From positions 1 to 24,388 of IMG/VR virus record IMGVR_UViG_3300005805_000478: a stretch of DNA of 24,388 bases. The stretch is one strand, 5' to 3'. Source of the DNA: a virus (lineage: Duplodnaviria > Caudoviricetes). Position 1 is the first letter of the stretch. Each line of letters starts with the position of its first letter. The notes under the pieces are model-generated. The model ran no database searches. It was not told the origin of the DNA and saw nothing but the letters and a program-made list of their open reading frames with translations. Position numbers and translations under genes: made by a program. Positions 17,156 to 24,388 of this stretch are shown piece after piece.

Positions 17156-17377
17156 ATGACTGACGCTAATGACAACAAAGATTTAGTAATTCTTGCTCTA
17201 AAGCAAAGAATTGGCGAACTTATATCCAACTATGAGTTGGATATGGCTAATATCCGTGCTCAATATACAAAACTTAGTTTTGCCTTTGACGAACTAAGAA
17301 AAAAATCTACCCCTCAGCCTGAAGAGAAAAAGTCTTTTCCATCAGTAGATGAGTTAGTGGAAGAGGCTAATAAATAG
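17156..17377 (+). CDS. Small coiled-coil hypothetical protein
   Basis: 73 aa with a heptad pattern (LVILALKQRIGELISNYE..ANIRAQYTKL). Tightly packed in the operon. Confidence 0.7.
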   Translation: MTDANDNKDLVILALKQRIGELISNYELDMANIRAQYTKLSFAFDELRKKSTPQPEEKKSFPSVDELVEEANK

Positions 17378-17378
17378 A

Positions 17379-17849
17379 ATGTTTGAGGTACGAGACGGCT
17401 CACGAATTCTTCAATTCAATGGTAGATTACTTGGCGAGTCTTCTTCTTGGCGCCGTGGCTCTACTCGTTGGATTGAGTTTGCTCTTTATAGAACAGAGAA
17501 TGGTTCCTATATTCTTTCAAGAATAGGCGTTTCTTTGATTTTTCATGGAGCCGTCTGTCCATTAGTTAAAAACTACAATCTTGTGGAAGATACACCAGAG
17601 AATCTTAATAAGGATGCAATTCCTTGCGAAACTTGTAATCCAATAAGAACTCTTCCAATGGTTTTTCCAGAAAAGTATCGTTATTGGGCTCAGGTAAGTG
17701 AAGACCCTAAACCAGTGCTTGATGCTCTTTACAAATATGACCCTAATGGGGCAAGATACCTAACTAATGTTGCTCAGCGTTTGTTAGAGCGTGCCGCAGA
17801 GAATGATGAGAGAATAGACGCAGTTTACAGAGTAGAAATGATTCCGTAG
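17379..17849 (+). CDS. Hypothetical protein with RW.E..LYRT motif and putative Zn site
   Basis: TAGaATG coupling. Contains F.GRLL, RWIEFALYRT..GSY and H-x3-C-x22-C-x2-C. Confidence 0.7.
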   Translation: MFEVRDGSRILQFNGRLLGESSSWRRGSTRWIEFALYRTENGSYILSRIGVSLIFHGAVCPLVKNYNLVEDTPENLNKDAIPCETCNPIRTLPMVFPEKYRYWAQVSEDPKPVLDALYKYDPNGARYLTNVAQRLLERAAENDERIDAVYRVEMIP

Positions 17850-17878
17850 ACATAAACTGAAAGTAGGACAAAAGACAA

Positions 17879-19702
17879 ATGACGACACAAGGACTTGATG
17901 GTATTCAAGTTACCCTTGTCGATTCAGTAGAAAAAGCACACGAATTTATTTCTTGGCTTGGCGAGCGCAGACCGCATAACGCAATTGCTGTAGATACTGA
18001 AACTGGCGAAAGACCTGGAAGACCGAGAGAAGATGCTTTATCTCCTTGGCACGGCGACCTGCGTCTTGTACAAGTTGGCGATGGTATGCGTGGATGGTCA
18101 ATTCCTTGGGATGAATGGTCTGGTGTTTTCTATGAAGCAATGGATAAGTTTGATGGTCCATTAGTTTGTCACAACATTGCTTTTGAAGCACGATGGTTTG
18201 CAATCAAATCTCGTTGGGAAATTCCTTGGCATCGTGCACATGACACAATGATTATGGCTCACCTTATTGACCCGCTTGGTCCTGGTGGTTTGAAACCTTT
18301 ATCTGCTCGTCTTGTTGACCAGCACGCAGCGCATCTTCAAGACAAACTTGAAATTGATTTAGCAAAAAACGGTTGGACTTGGGGAACTGTTCCTACAAAC
18401 TTTGAGCCTTACTGGTCGTATGGTGCTTTAGACACAATTCTTACGATGCGTCTCTGGGAAAAGTTTTATGAAAAGTGTGGCCCTGGACAGCCTTATCATC
18501 AAGCCTATGAACTTGAAATGGCTGCTAGAAAAATTGTTACACGCATGGAAATCAATGGTGCTCGTGTAGACCTCGAGTATTCAAAAAAGAAATATGACGA
18601 ACTTATTGCCTACACCGATAGCGTAAAAGAGTGGGGTAAACAAACTTACGCTGGAACAAGCCTAACTAGCAATATGCAGTTAGTTAGATTGTTTGAAAAT
18701 ATTGGTGCTGAAATCACAGAGTTTACTCCTTCTGGTCAAAAAGCCTGTACCAAAGACCAGTTGAAGATGCTAGTTCGTGATGGAAACGATGAAGTAAAAA
18801 ATCTTGCTGAAACTGTTCTCAAACTTCGCAAGGCTGACAAAATTGCCAATACTTACTTTTTGAATTTTATAAATAAAAATGTTGATGGAATTCTTCATCC
18901 TTCTGTAAAGACTTTAGGCGCTCGTACATCTCGTATGTCTATTACTGACCCAGCGCTACAGACTCTTCCAAAAGGTGATGACACAGTTCGTCGTGCTTTT
19001 ATACCTAAAGACAAAGACCACGTCATTATTACTTCAGACCTTGACCAAGTTGAGTTTCGTATGTTTGCTTCTCTTTCTCAAGACCCTAACCTCATCAGTC
19101 TTTTCAATCGTGCTGATGTAACTGGCTCAGACCCATTTACAGAGATTGGCCGTGAGGTATATCAAGAACCAGAAATGACTCGTTCAGATAAACGACGTAC
19201 TCTTATCAAAGGAATGGTTTATGGTCGTTTGTATGGTGCTGGAGTTGCTAAGCAAGCATTGACTGCTGGAGTATCTGAAGCACAGATGAAGGCTGTGTCA
19301 GATGCTTTTGATAAGCGTTATCCAGGAATGATTAAGTTTCAAAAGCAGGTAGAACATATTGGGGCTACCCGTGAGCGCCAAGAAGGTCAGGGATATATTC
19401 ATACTTGGACTGGTCGTAAGATTCCTTGCGATGATGGCAGGGTATATACGCTCATCAATTACCTAATTCAAGGTGGAGCAGCAGAGGTTTTTAAGAGCAA
19501 TCTAGTAAAACTAGACCAAGCAGATTTGACCGAGTTGCTAATAGTTCCAGTACATGATGAGATTGTTCTTCAAGCACCAAGAGAAGACGCTGAAGAAATC
19601 AAACAGATAGTAAAGCAGTGTATGACAACTACAGAGGGTTGGTCAGTTCCACTAACTTCTGGAATTGACGGACCACTAGAGACTTGGGGGGATAAGTACT
19701 AA
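17879..19702 (+). CDS. polA: Phage family A DNA polymerase (3'-5' exonuclease + polymerase, no 5'-3' exonuclease)
   Basis: ExoI AVDTET, ExoII HNIAFE, ExoIII YGALD, RTSRMS..DP.LQTLP, motif A DLDQVEFR, motif B R...K...YG..YG, N..IQG.AA and motif C VHDE. Confidence 0.95.
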   Translation: MTTQGLDGIQVTLVDSVEKAHEFISWLGERRPHNAIAVDTETGERPGRPREDALSPWHGDLRLVQVGDGMRGWSIPWDEWSGVFYEAMDKFDGPLVCHNIAFEARWFAIKSRWEIPWHRAHDTMIMAHLIDPLGPGGLKPLSARLVDQHAAHLQDKLEIDLAKNGWTWGTVPTNFEPYWSYGALDTILTMRLWEKFYEKCGPGQPYHQAYELEMAARKIVTRMEINGARVDLEYSKKKYDELIAYTDSVKEWGKQTYAGTSLTSNMQLVRLFENIGAEITEFTPSGQKACTKDQLKMLVRDGNDEVKNLAETVLKLRKADKIANTYFLNFINKNVDGILHPSVKTLGARTSRMSITDPALQTLPKGDDTVRRAFIPKDKDHVIITSDLDQVEFRMFASLSQDPNLISLFNRADVTGSDPFTEIGREVYQEPEMTRSDKRRTLIKGMVYGRLYGAGVAKQALTAGVSEAQMKAVSDAFDKRYPGMIKFQKQVEHIGATRERQEGQGYIHTWTGRKIPCDDGRVYTLINYLIQGGAAEVFKSNLVKLDQADLTELLIVPVHDEIVLQAPREDAEEIKQIVKQCMTTTEGWSVPLTSGIDGPLETWGDKY

Positions 19703-20166
19703 TGCACGCTGTTCTTTCGGTTGACCCTGGAAAACTTAGCGGAGTTGTGTTACTTGAGTGGGATGGAACTGATAACAGCCCAACACAAAAGTTGTCTGTA
19801 GAAGTGGATGAAAAAAATTTTTTTACAATTGTAGACATTGCTTTGACAGGTTGGAAAAACTATGAATCATTTGCTGTCGTCTGTGAAAGATTTACTATTA
19901 CTGCTCAAACTGTGAGAAATTCTCAAGCGCCATTTAGTCTTGAACAAATTGGAGTTTTGAAGCACACTTGTCGTATGCGAGCATATAAAGACGAAGATAT
20001 AAAGTTTCAGGCTCCAGTAGATGCCAAAACTATGTTTCCCAATGACCGCATCAAAAAGGTAGGGGTCTGGCATAAGGGGGGCGAAGGACACGCACTTGAC
20101 GCGACACGCCATGCGTTGTTATATTTAGTAAAAAAGGGTTGGAAGCCAAAAGTTCTGCTAAACTAG
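19702..20166 (+). CDS. RuvC-like Holliday junction resolvase
   Basis: RNase H-fold catalytic pattern VLSVDPG..SG, VVCERF and H..DA.RH. TAATG overlap with the polymerase gene. Confidence 0.8.
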   Translation: MHAVLSVDPGKLSGVVLLEWDGTDNSPTQKLSVEVDEKNFFTIVDIALTGWKNYESFAVVCERFTITAQTVRNSQAPFSLEQIGVLKHTCRMRAYKDEDIKFQAPVDAKTMFPNDRIKKVGVWHKGGEGHALDATRHALLYLVKKGWKPKVLLN

Positions 20167-20167
20167 T

Positions 20168-20210
20168 TACGGTTCAGAAAAAGTAAAAAACTATTTTTTC
20201 TGATACCGTA
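20168..20210. terminator. AT-rich intergenic hairpin (possible terminator or regulatory structure)
   Basis: TACGGT/ACCGTA plus TCAGAAAAA/TTTTTCTGA stems, immediately after the resolvase stop. Confidence 0.45.
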
Positions 20211-20245
20211 TCTCTAAATGACAAAAGACAGTTAGGAGTGTTGGG

Positions 20246-22045
20246 GTGACAGTTTCGGTAGAGATGGATGCTCAGAAAGAGCACATCTTGATAAACGCTG
20301 AGTGGCGCTTCAAGGAACTCATAAAGAGCCTTCCAGGAGCCTCCTGGAGCCCTTCTGAGCAGGTTTGGAGAGTTCCCCTTAGTTGGACAACCTGTCTGGC
20401 TCTACGCTCAACCTTCCGCGAGAATTTGACCATTGGACCCGTTTTATCTGAGTGGGCTACCAACGAACTAAACACCCGAATAAACCCATCTGTATCGCTA
20501 CGAGAGTTAGAAACTTATGATGGCGATGAAGTCCTATTTCCTCATCAAAGGGCTGGCGTAAAGTTCCTCTCAACAGCCAAGAGAGCCCTTCTAGCCGATG
20601 AGCCAGGGCTTGGCAAAACTGCTCAAGCAATCCGTGCTCTTAAAGAACTTCAGGACAATGGCGAACAAGTATTTCCAGCCCTTATAGTCTGTCCAAACAC
20701 ACTGAAAAAGAACTGGGCACGAGAGTTCAAAAAGTGGTGGCCTGACATAAAAACTCAAGTTATCAAAGGCTCTGCTGTTCAACGTAAGCGTCAGTTTGAA
20801 GAAGATGTTCAAGTATTTATTATTAACTGGGAATCCCTCAGGTCACACTCACGGCTTTCTCCTTACGGCTCTGTTGCTTTGACTCGTTGCCGCGAATGCG
20901 GTGGACAAGACGAAAAGATAAGCGAAAATCGTTGTGAAGTACACAAGCGTGAACTCAATAGCATTGATTTCAAGGCTGTTGTTGCTGATGAAATCCACCG
21001 CTCAAAAGACCCTAAGAGTAAGCAAAGCCGTGCTCTTTGGGCAGCAAGTGGTAATGCTGAAATTCGTTTTGCTCTGACAGGAACTCCTATTGCTAACAAC
21101 GTTGTTGACTTATGGTCAATCCTTCATTGGATTTCTCCAAAAGACTGGCCTAGCAAAACTAAATGGATAGACCGAATGGTTGACACGATGCTCAACGCTT
21201 TTGGTGGAATGATGGTTATTGGTGTAAAGCCAACAATGCAAGACGAGTTTTATAAATCAGTAAATCCAGTTATGCGTCGTATGCTCAAAAAAGTTGTACT
21301 TCCGCACCTGCCTCCAGTAATAAATGAACGCAGAGATGTCGAGATGTCTACCAAGCAAAAGAAGGCATATGACCAAATGCGAGAGTTGATGATTGCCGAA
21401 CTTGAGTCAGGTGAGACTTTGACTGCTCCAAGCATCTTGACTCAAACAATAAGACTTTTACAGTTTGCTAGTTCTTACGCAACTTTAGATGTTGATGAAG
21501 CAACTGGAGAGTCCAAAGCAATTCTTGATATGCCATCTTGTAAAGTTGAAGCGCTTATGGATGATATTGACAATGGTGACTTTGGTGATGACTCTGTAGC
21601 AGTATGCGCTGTATCAAAGCAACTTATCAATCTTCTTAGCGCAGAACTTACAAAAAGCAAGATTCCTCATGGGTTGATTACTGGCGACCAAACTGAAGAT
21701 GAAAGACAGAAGGCTATTGACGACTTCCAGTCTGGCGCTATACGCTGGATTCTCTTTACAGCACAGGCGGGGGGTGTTGGTATTACTCTTACAGCAGCAC
21801 GCAGATTAGTGATGCTACAACGTCCTTGGTCTTTAGTAGACCACAAACAAGTTCTTGACCGCGTACATCGTATTGGTAGCGAAATTCACGACTCCATTGT
21901 GATTACTGATTATGTAACAGAAGGAACTATTGAAGAACGAGTTATTCAAGTTCTTGAAACTAAGGCAGACAACTTTGAACAAATTGTCCGCGATAAAGAC
22001 CAACTACTAAGGCTTCTACAAGATGACAGGGCGGGAAATCTATGA
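20246..22045 (+). CDS. SNF2-family (SF2) helicase with N-terminal HARP-like domain
   Basis: GTG start with SD AGGAG. Motifs LFPHQ, LADEPGLGKT, LIVCP, DEIH, LTGTP, GGVGITLTAA and DRVHRIG. N-terminal IKSLPGASW....WRVP. Confidence 0.92.
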   Translation: MTVSVEMDAQKEHILINAEWRFKELIKSLPGASWSPSEQVWRVPLSWTTCLALRSTFRENLTIGPVLSEWATNELNTRINPSVSLRELETYDGDEVLFPHQRAGVKFLSTAKRALLADEPGLGKTAQAIRALKELQDNGEQVFPALIVCPNTLKKNWAREFKKWWPDIKTQVIKGSAVQRKRQFEEDVQVFIINWESLRSHSRLSPYGSVALTRCRECGGQDEKISENRCEVHKRELNSIDFKAVVADEIHRSKDPKSKQSRALWAASGNAEIRFALTGTPIANNVVDLWSILHWISPKDWPSKTKWIDRMVDTMLNAFGGMMVIGVKPTMQDEFYKSVNPVMRRMLKKVVLPHLPPVINERRDVEMSTKQKKAYDQMRELMIAELESGETLTAPSILTQTIRLLQFASSYATLDVDEATGESKAILDMPSCKVEALMDDIDNGDFGDDSVAVCAVSKQLINLLSAELTKSKIPHGLITGDQTEDERQKAIDDFQSGAIRWILFTAQAGGVGITLTAARRLVMLQRPWSLVDHKQVLDRVHRIGSEIHDSIVITDYVTEGTIEERVIQVLETKADNFEQIVRDKDQLLRLLQDDRAGNL

Positions 22046-22968
22046 CAACACCATACAGACTCTCTAACTCAGAGATTCAAACTTTCAAAGATTGTCGCAG
22101 ACGTTGGTGGCTTCAGTACTACCGCCGTCTACAACCAAAGCAAAAAGATATGACTGGCGCACTAGCACTTGGAACTCGTATCCACGCAGCACTAGATGCT
22201 CACTACTCAGCGGGAACTCCTTTGCTCAAGGCTCATGCTGAACTTGTAGAGAAAGATAAACAACTTCTCTTGGCTGACTTTAGAGATGTCTACGAACTTG
22301 AGACAGAAGCAGAACTTGGTCGCATCATGCTTGAAGGCTATGAGCAATGGGTAGCAGAAAATGGAATTGATGCCGAACTTGAAATGATTTCAACCGAAGA
22401 AAAAATTATTGCTCCACTATTCAATGGAGATGTAGAACTTCAAGGCAAACTTGATATGCGTGTTCGTCGCAAGGCTGACGGAGTTCGTATGTTCCGCGAC
22501 TTCAAAACTGTTGGTGGTTCTTTGTCTGAGTTTGCCAGTATGGCTCATATGAATGAACAAGTTCTTACTTATATGCTTCTTGAATCAACAAAGTTTGATG
22601 AGAAAGAACGCTCAGAGGGTGGAATCTTTACATTGTTGAAAAAAGTTCGTCGTACTGCGGCAGCAAAACCACCTTTTTATGAACACGTTGAGATTAGACA
22701 CAATGTTTTTACATTGCGTTCTTTTTGGAATAGAATCCACGGAACGATTACAGATTTGATGAGAACAAAAACAGAATTGGACGCGGGAGGAAATCCAGCG
22801 TTCTTGGCATATCCACGACCAAGTAGAGATTGCAAGTGGAAATGTCCATTCTTTGCTATATGCCCAATGTTTGACGACGGAAGCGCCGTTGAACAAGCAC
22901 TTAGCGAGATGTTTGAGGAAGTAGACCCTTATGCCTACTATGACACAGACAAAACAGGAAGCGAGTGA
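22042..22968 (+). CDS. Cas4/RecB-like PD-(D/E)XK exonuclease with probable Fe-S cysteines
   Basis: S.SEI..F..C.RRW, GT.IH, E..., GKLD, DFKT, Q...Y and C-terminal C..KCPF..IC. ATGA overlap with the helicase. Confidence 0.88.
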   Translation: MTTPYRLSNSEIQTFKDCRRRWWLQYYRRLQPKQKDMTGALALGTRIHAALDAHYSAGTPLLKAHAELVEKDKQLLLADFRDVYELETEAELGRIMLEGYEQWVAENGIDAELEMISTEEKIIAPLFNGDVELQGKLDMRVRRKADGVRMFRDFKTVGGSLSEFASMAHMNEQVLTYMLLESTKFDEKERSEGGIFTLLKKVRRTAAAKPPFYEHVEIRHNVFTLRSFWNRIHGTITDLMRTKTELDAGGNPAFLAYPRPSRDCKWKCPFFAICPMFDDGSAVEQALSEMFEEVDPYAYYDTDKTGSE

Positions 22969-22970
22969 CA

Positions 22971-23747
22971 ATGAGCGAAATTCAACGCTCTCTAACGGTT
23001 ATGGTTTATGGGGAGAGCAAGGTTGGTAAATCAACTTTTGCTGTAACCGCTCCATACCCTCGTCTTATGCTTGACGTCGAAGGCGGACACCGATTCCTGC
23101 CTATCGTTGTCAAGTATTGGGACCCACTGCGTGAGGAACCACCAATCGCAGATGGAACTTGGGACACAGTTGTAGTTACTGTTCGTGACTACGACACAGT
23201 TATCAAGACATATCAATGGCTACAACTAGGTCGCCATCATTTCAAGAGTTTGATTATTGATTCAATCTCTGAACTACAAGTTAAGTGTATGGATTCAATT
23301 GCTGGAACTGAGCAAATGAAGATGCAGCAATGGGGCGAATTACTTCGTCACATGGGCGGTCTTCTACGCGACCTCCGCGATTTGACTATGCACCCAACAA
23401 ATCCACTAGAAGCAGTAGTGCTAACGGCTATGTCACGAACAAGCCAAGATGGACGTCACCGCCCTTATCTACAAGGACAGTTGGCAATCCAAGCACCTTA
23501 CTTCTACGACATTCTTGGTGCTTTGAATGTTGAAACTCTTCAGAGTATTGACCCAATGCAGCCACCACAAAAAGTTCGTCGTATGTATGTAGAACGAACA
23601 CATGAATACGAAGCAGGTGAGCGTGTCCAAGGACGCCTCGGCGCTATCGTTGAACAAGAGAATTTGTCTATAGACCGAATGCTTGACATCATTTTTGGTC
23701 CAAGACAAACAGCAACAACAACTACTAAGAAAGAGGTAACAGCGTGA
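22971..23747 (+). CDS. Sak4-like AAA (AAA_24) recombinase/ATPase
   Basis: Walker A YGESKVGKST, L.LDVEGG, Walker B LIIDSISE, Q.WG and P.LQGQ. Sits between an exonuclease and an SSB. Alternative GTG start at 22965. Confidence 0.85.
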   Translation: MSEIQRSLTVMVYGESKVGKSTFAVTAPYPRLMLDVEGGHRFLPIVVKYWDPLREEPPIADGTWDTVVVTVRDYDTVIKTYQWLQLGRHHFKSLIIDSISELQVKCMDSIAGTEQMKMQQWGELLRHMGGLLRDLRDLTMHPTNPLEAVVLTAMSRTSQDGRHRPYLQGQLAIQAPYFYDILGALNVETLQSIDPMQPPQKVRRMYVERTHEYEAGERVQGRLGAIVEQENLSIDRMLDIIFGPRQTATTTTKKEVTA

Positions 23748-24280
23748 GTACTCTCAATTGGAGTGACCTCATCAAAGAAGCCGGCGAAACTGGAACGTAT
23801 GATGCGCTTCCAGACGGCGACTATGACCTTGTGGTGCTAGAAGCAACCGCTAAGGTTTCACAAAGCGGCAAAACAATGTTCGCAGTCAAGGCACAAGTTG
23901 AGGGCGGTGCTCACAACAAGCGCCTTGTTTGGGACAACTTAGTTGTATCTCCAGACAGTCAAGCAGCACTAGGTATCTTCTTCAAGAAGATGCACGCTCT
24001 TGGTTTGCCTCGTGAATATTTCTTGCAGCAACCGCAACCAACAAATGCTCAGATTGAGCAAATTCTTGTTGGTCGTCGTTTCCGTGCACAAGTCGGTACA
24101 CGCACTTGGCAAGGACAAAAGAAGAACGAAATCAAGAACTACTATCCAGCAGTTCTTACTTCAGCAACAGCATCAGCAGTAACAGCCACTGCTGCTGCTG
24201 CACCAGCACCTGCTCCAGCGCCAGCACCTGCACCAGCACCTGCTCCAGCGCCAGCAGCGGCTCCAGCAGCACCGTTCTAA
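23744..24280 (+). CDS. DUF669-like single-stranded DNA-binding protein with Ala-Pro tail
   Basis: GTG start with SD GAGG. Motifs LP.GDY...V, S.SGK.M, VWDNLV and G...NEIK. Ends in PF and follows the Sak4-like gene. Confidence 0.8.
   Translation: MSTLNWSDLIKEAGETGTYDALPDGDYDLVVLEATAKVSQSGKTMFAVKAQVEGGAHNKRLVWDNLVVSPDSQAALGIFFKKMHALGLPREYFLQQPQPTNAQIEQILVGRRFRAQVGTRTWQGQKKNEIKNYYPAVLTSATASAVTATAAAAPAPAPAPAPAPAPAPAPAAAPAAPF
24198..24256 (+). repeat. Tandem 30-bp repeat encoding (Ala-Pro)n
   Basis: CTGCACCAGCACCTGCTCCAGCGCCAGCA occurs identically at 24198 and 24228. Confidence 0.9.
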
Positions 24281-24287
24281 CAAATGT

Positions 24288-24334
24288 GATTACTAGGTGC
24301 TGTGGCTTGGGGAAGTACGCAGCACCTAGTAGTC
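24288..24334 (+). terminator. Strong hairpin after the SSB gene
   Basis: TACTAGGTGCTG (24291-24302) pairs perfectly with CAGCACCTAGTA (24320-24331), extendable by G-U pairs. No long U tract. Confidence 0.65.
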
Positions 24335-24352
24335 CTCTATAAAAGGACTCAG

Positions 24353-24388
24353 ATGAAAGTTTTTATTACTGGATGTACAGCAGCACAC
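24353..24388 (+). CDS. 5' end of next gene (MKVFITGCTAAH...), truncated; Rossmann-like first strand
   Basis: SD AAGGA at 24343-24347, ATG at 24353, frame open to the window end. Confidence 0.55.
   Translation, partial: MKVFITGCTAAH

Larger units (their letters stand above)
1..24388 (+). mobile_element. Tailed bacteriophage genome segment (siphovirus-type, probable actinophage): virion module followed by replication module
   Basis: All credible ORFs lie on + and are tightly packed or overlapping (TAATG, ATGA, GTGA). Order: capsid, tail tube, neck, TAC pair, tape measure, Dit, hub, fibre, then PolA, RuvC, SNF2, Cas4-like, Sak4, SSB. No sheath gene and no host housekeeping genes. Confidence 0.97.

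Noticed and set aside
16675-17377. Holin or spanin genes
   Set aside because: No transmembrane helices or lipobox in these small ORFs.
17879-19702. DpoZ / 2-aminoadenine genome
   Set aside because: No purZ, datZ or mazZ in the window, and polymerase subfamily cannot be assigned by eye.
22042-22968. Cas4-like gene as a sign of a CRISPR system
   Set aside because: No repeat-spacer array or other cas genes. Solo Cas4-like nucleases beside Sak4/SSB are ordinary phage recombination genes.
1913-24342. Many short (60-127 aa) alternative-frame and antisense ORFs in the track
   Set aside because: They overlap well-supported + strand genes and show no motifs or plausible independent context.
695-24352. 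tRNA/rRNA genes, introns or inteins
   Set aside because: Intergenic gaps are under about 90 nt with no cloverleaf seen. The polymerase and helicase have normal lengths with contiguous motifs.
1-24388. Genome-wide stop-codon reassignment (TAG)
   Set aside because: Long genes are intact under the standard code, and TAG ends several genes (1654, 3956, 5660, 12345, 17145, 17377, 17849, 20166) at sensible positions.

Overview
The whole window is a gene-dense, single-strand (+) segment of a tailed dsDNA phage (Caudoviricetes, siphovirus-type non-contractile tail). Protein styles suggest an actinobacteriophage, and the low GC suggests a freshwater low-GC Actinobacteria host (both inference). The left part (1-17377) is the virion module: 3' part of the major capsid gene, a probable second capsid-fold protein, major tail protein, head-tail adaptor, tail terminator-like and HK97-gp10-like neck proteins, a tail assembly chaperone pair linked by a probable -1 frameshift, tape measure, Dit, hub/Tal, a trimeric fibre, a 1064-aa Ig/Fn3 adhesin and three small helical ORFs. 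The right part (17379-24388) is replication/recombination: an unknown Zn-motif protein, family A DNA polymerase, RuvC-like resolvase, SNF2 helicase, Cas4/RecB-like nuclease, Sak4-like ATPase, DUF669-like SSB and the start of another ORF. No integrase, lysis genes, tRNA or CRISPR array was seen. The most interesting points are: (i) an apparent split-domain 3:1 docking of a monomeric adhesin on the fibre tip, (ii) one ~70-aa 'AHG' beta-domain grafted 7 times into three tail proteins, once nested inside itself, (iii) duplicated, apparently interlaced Fn3 pairs in the adhesin, and (iv) a recurrent GACA-N3-GACA motif ahead of several genes. All family assignments are by eye, without database searches.
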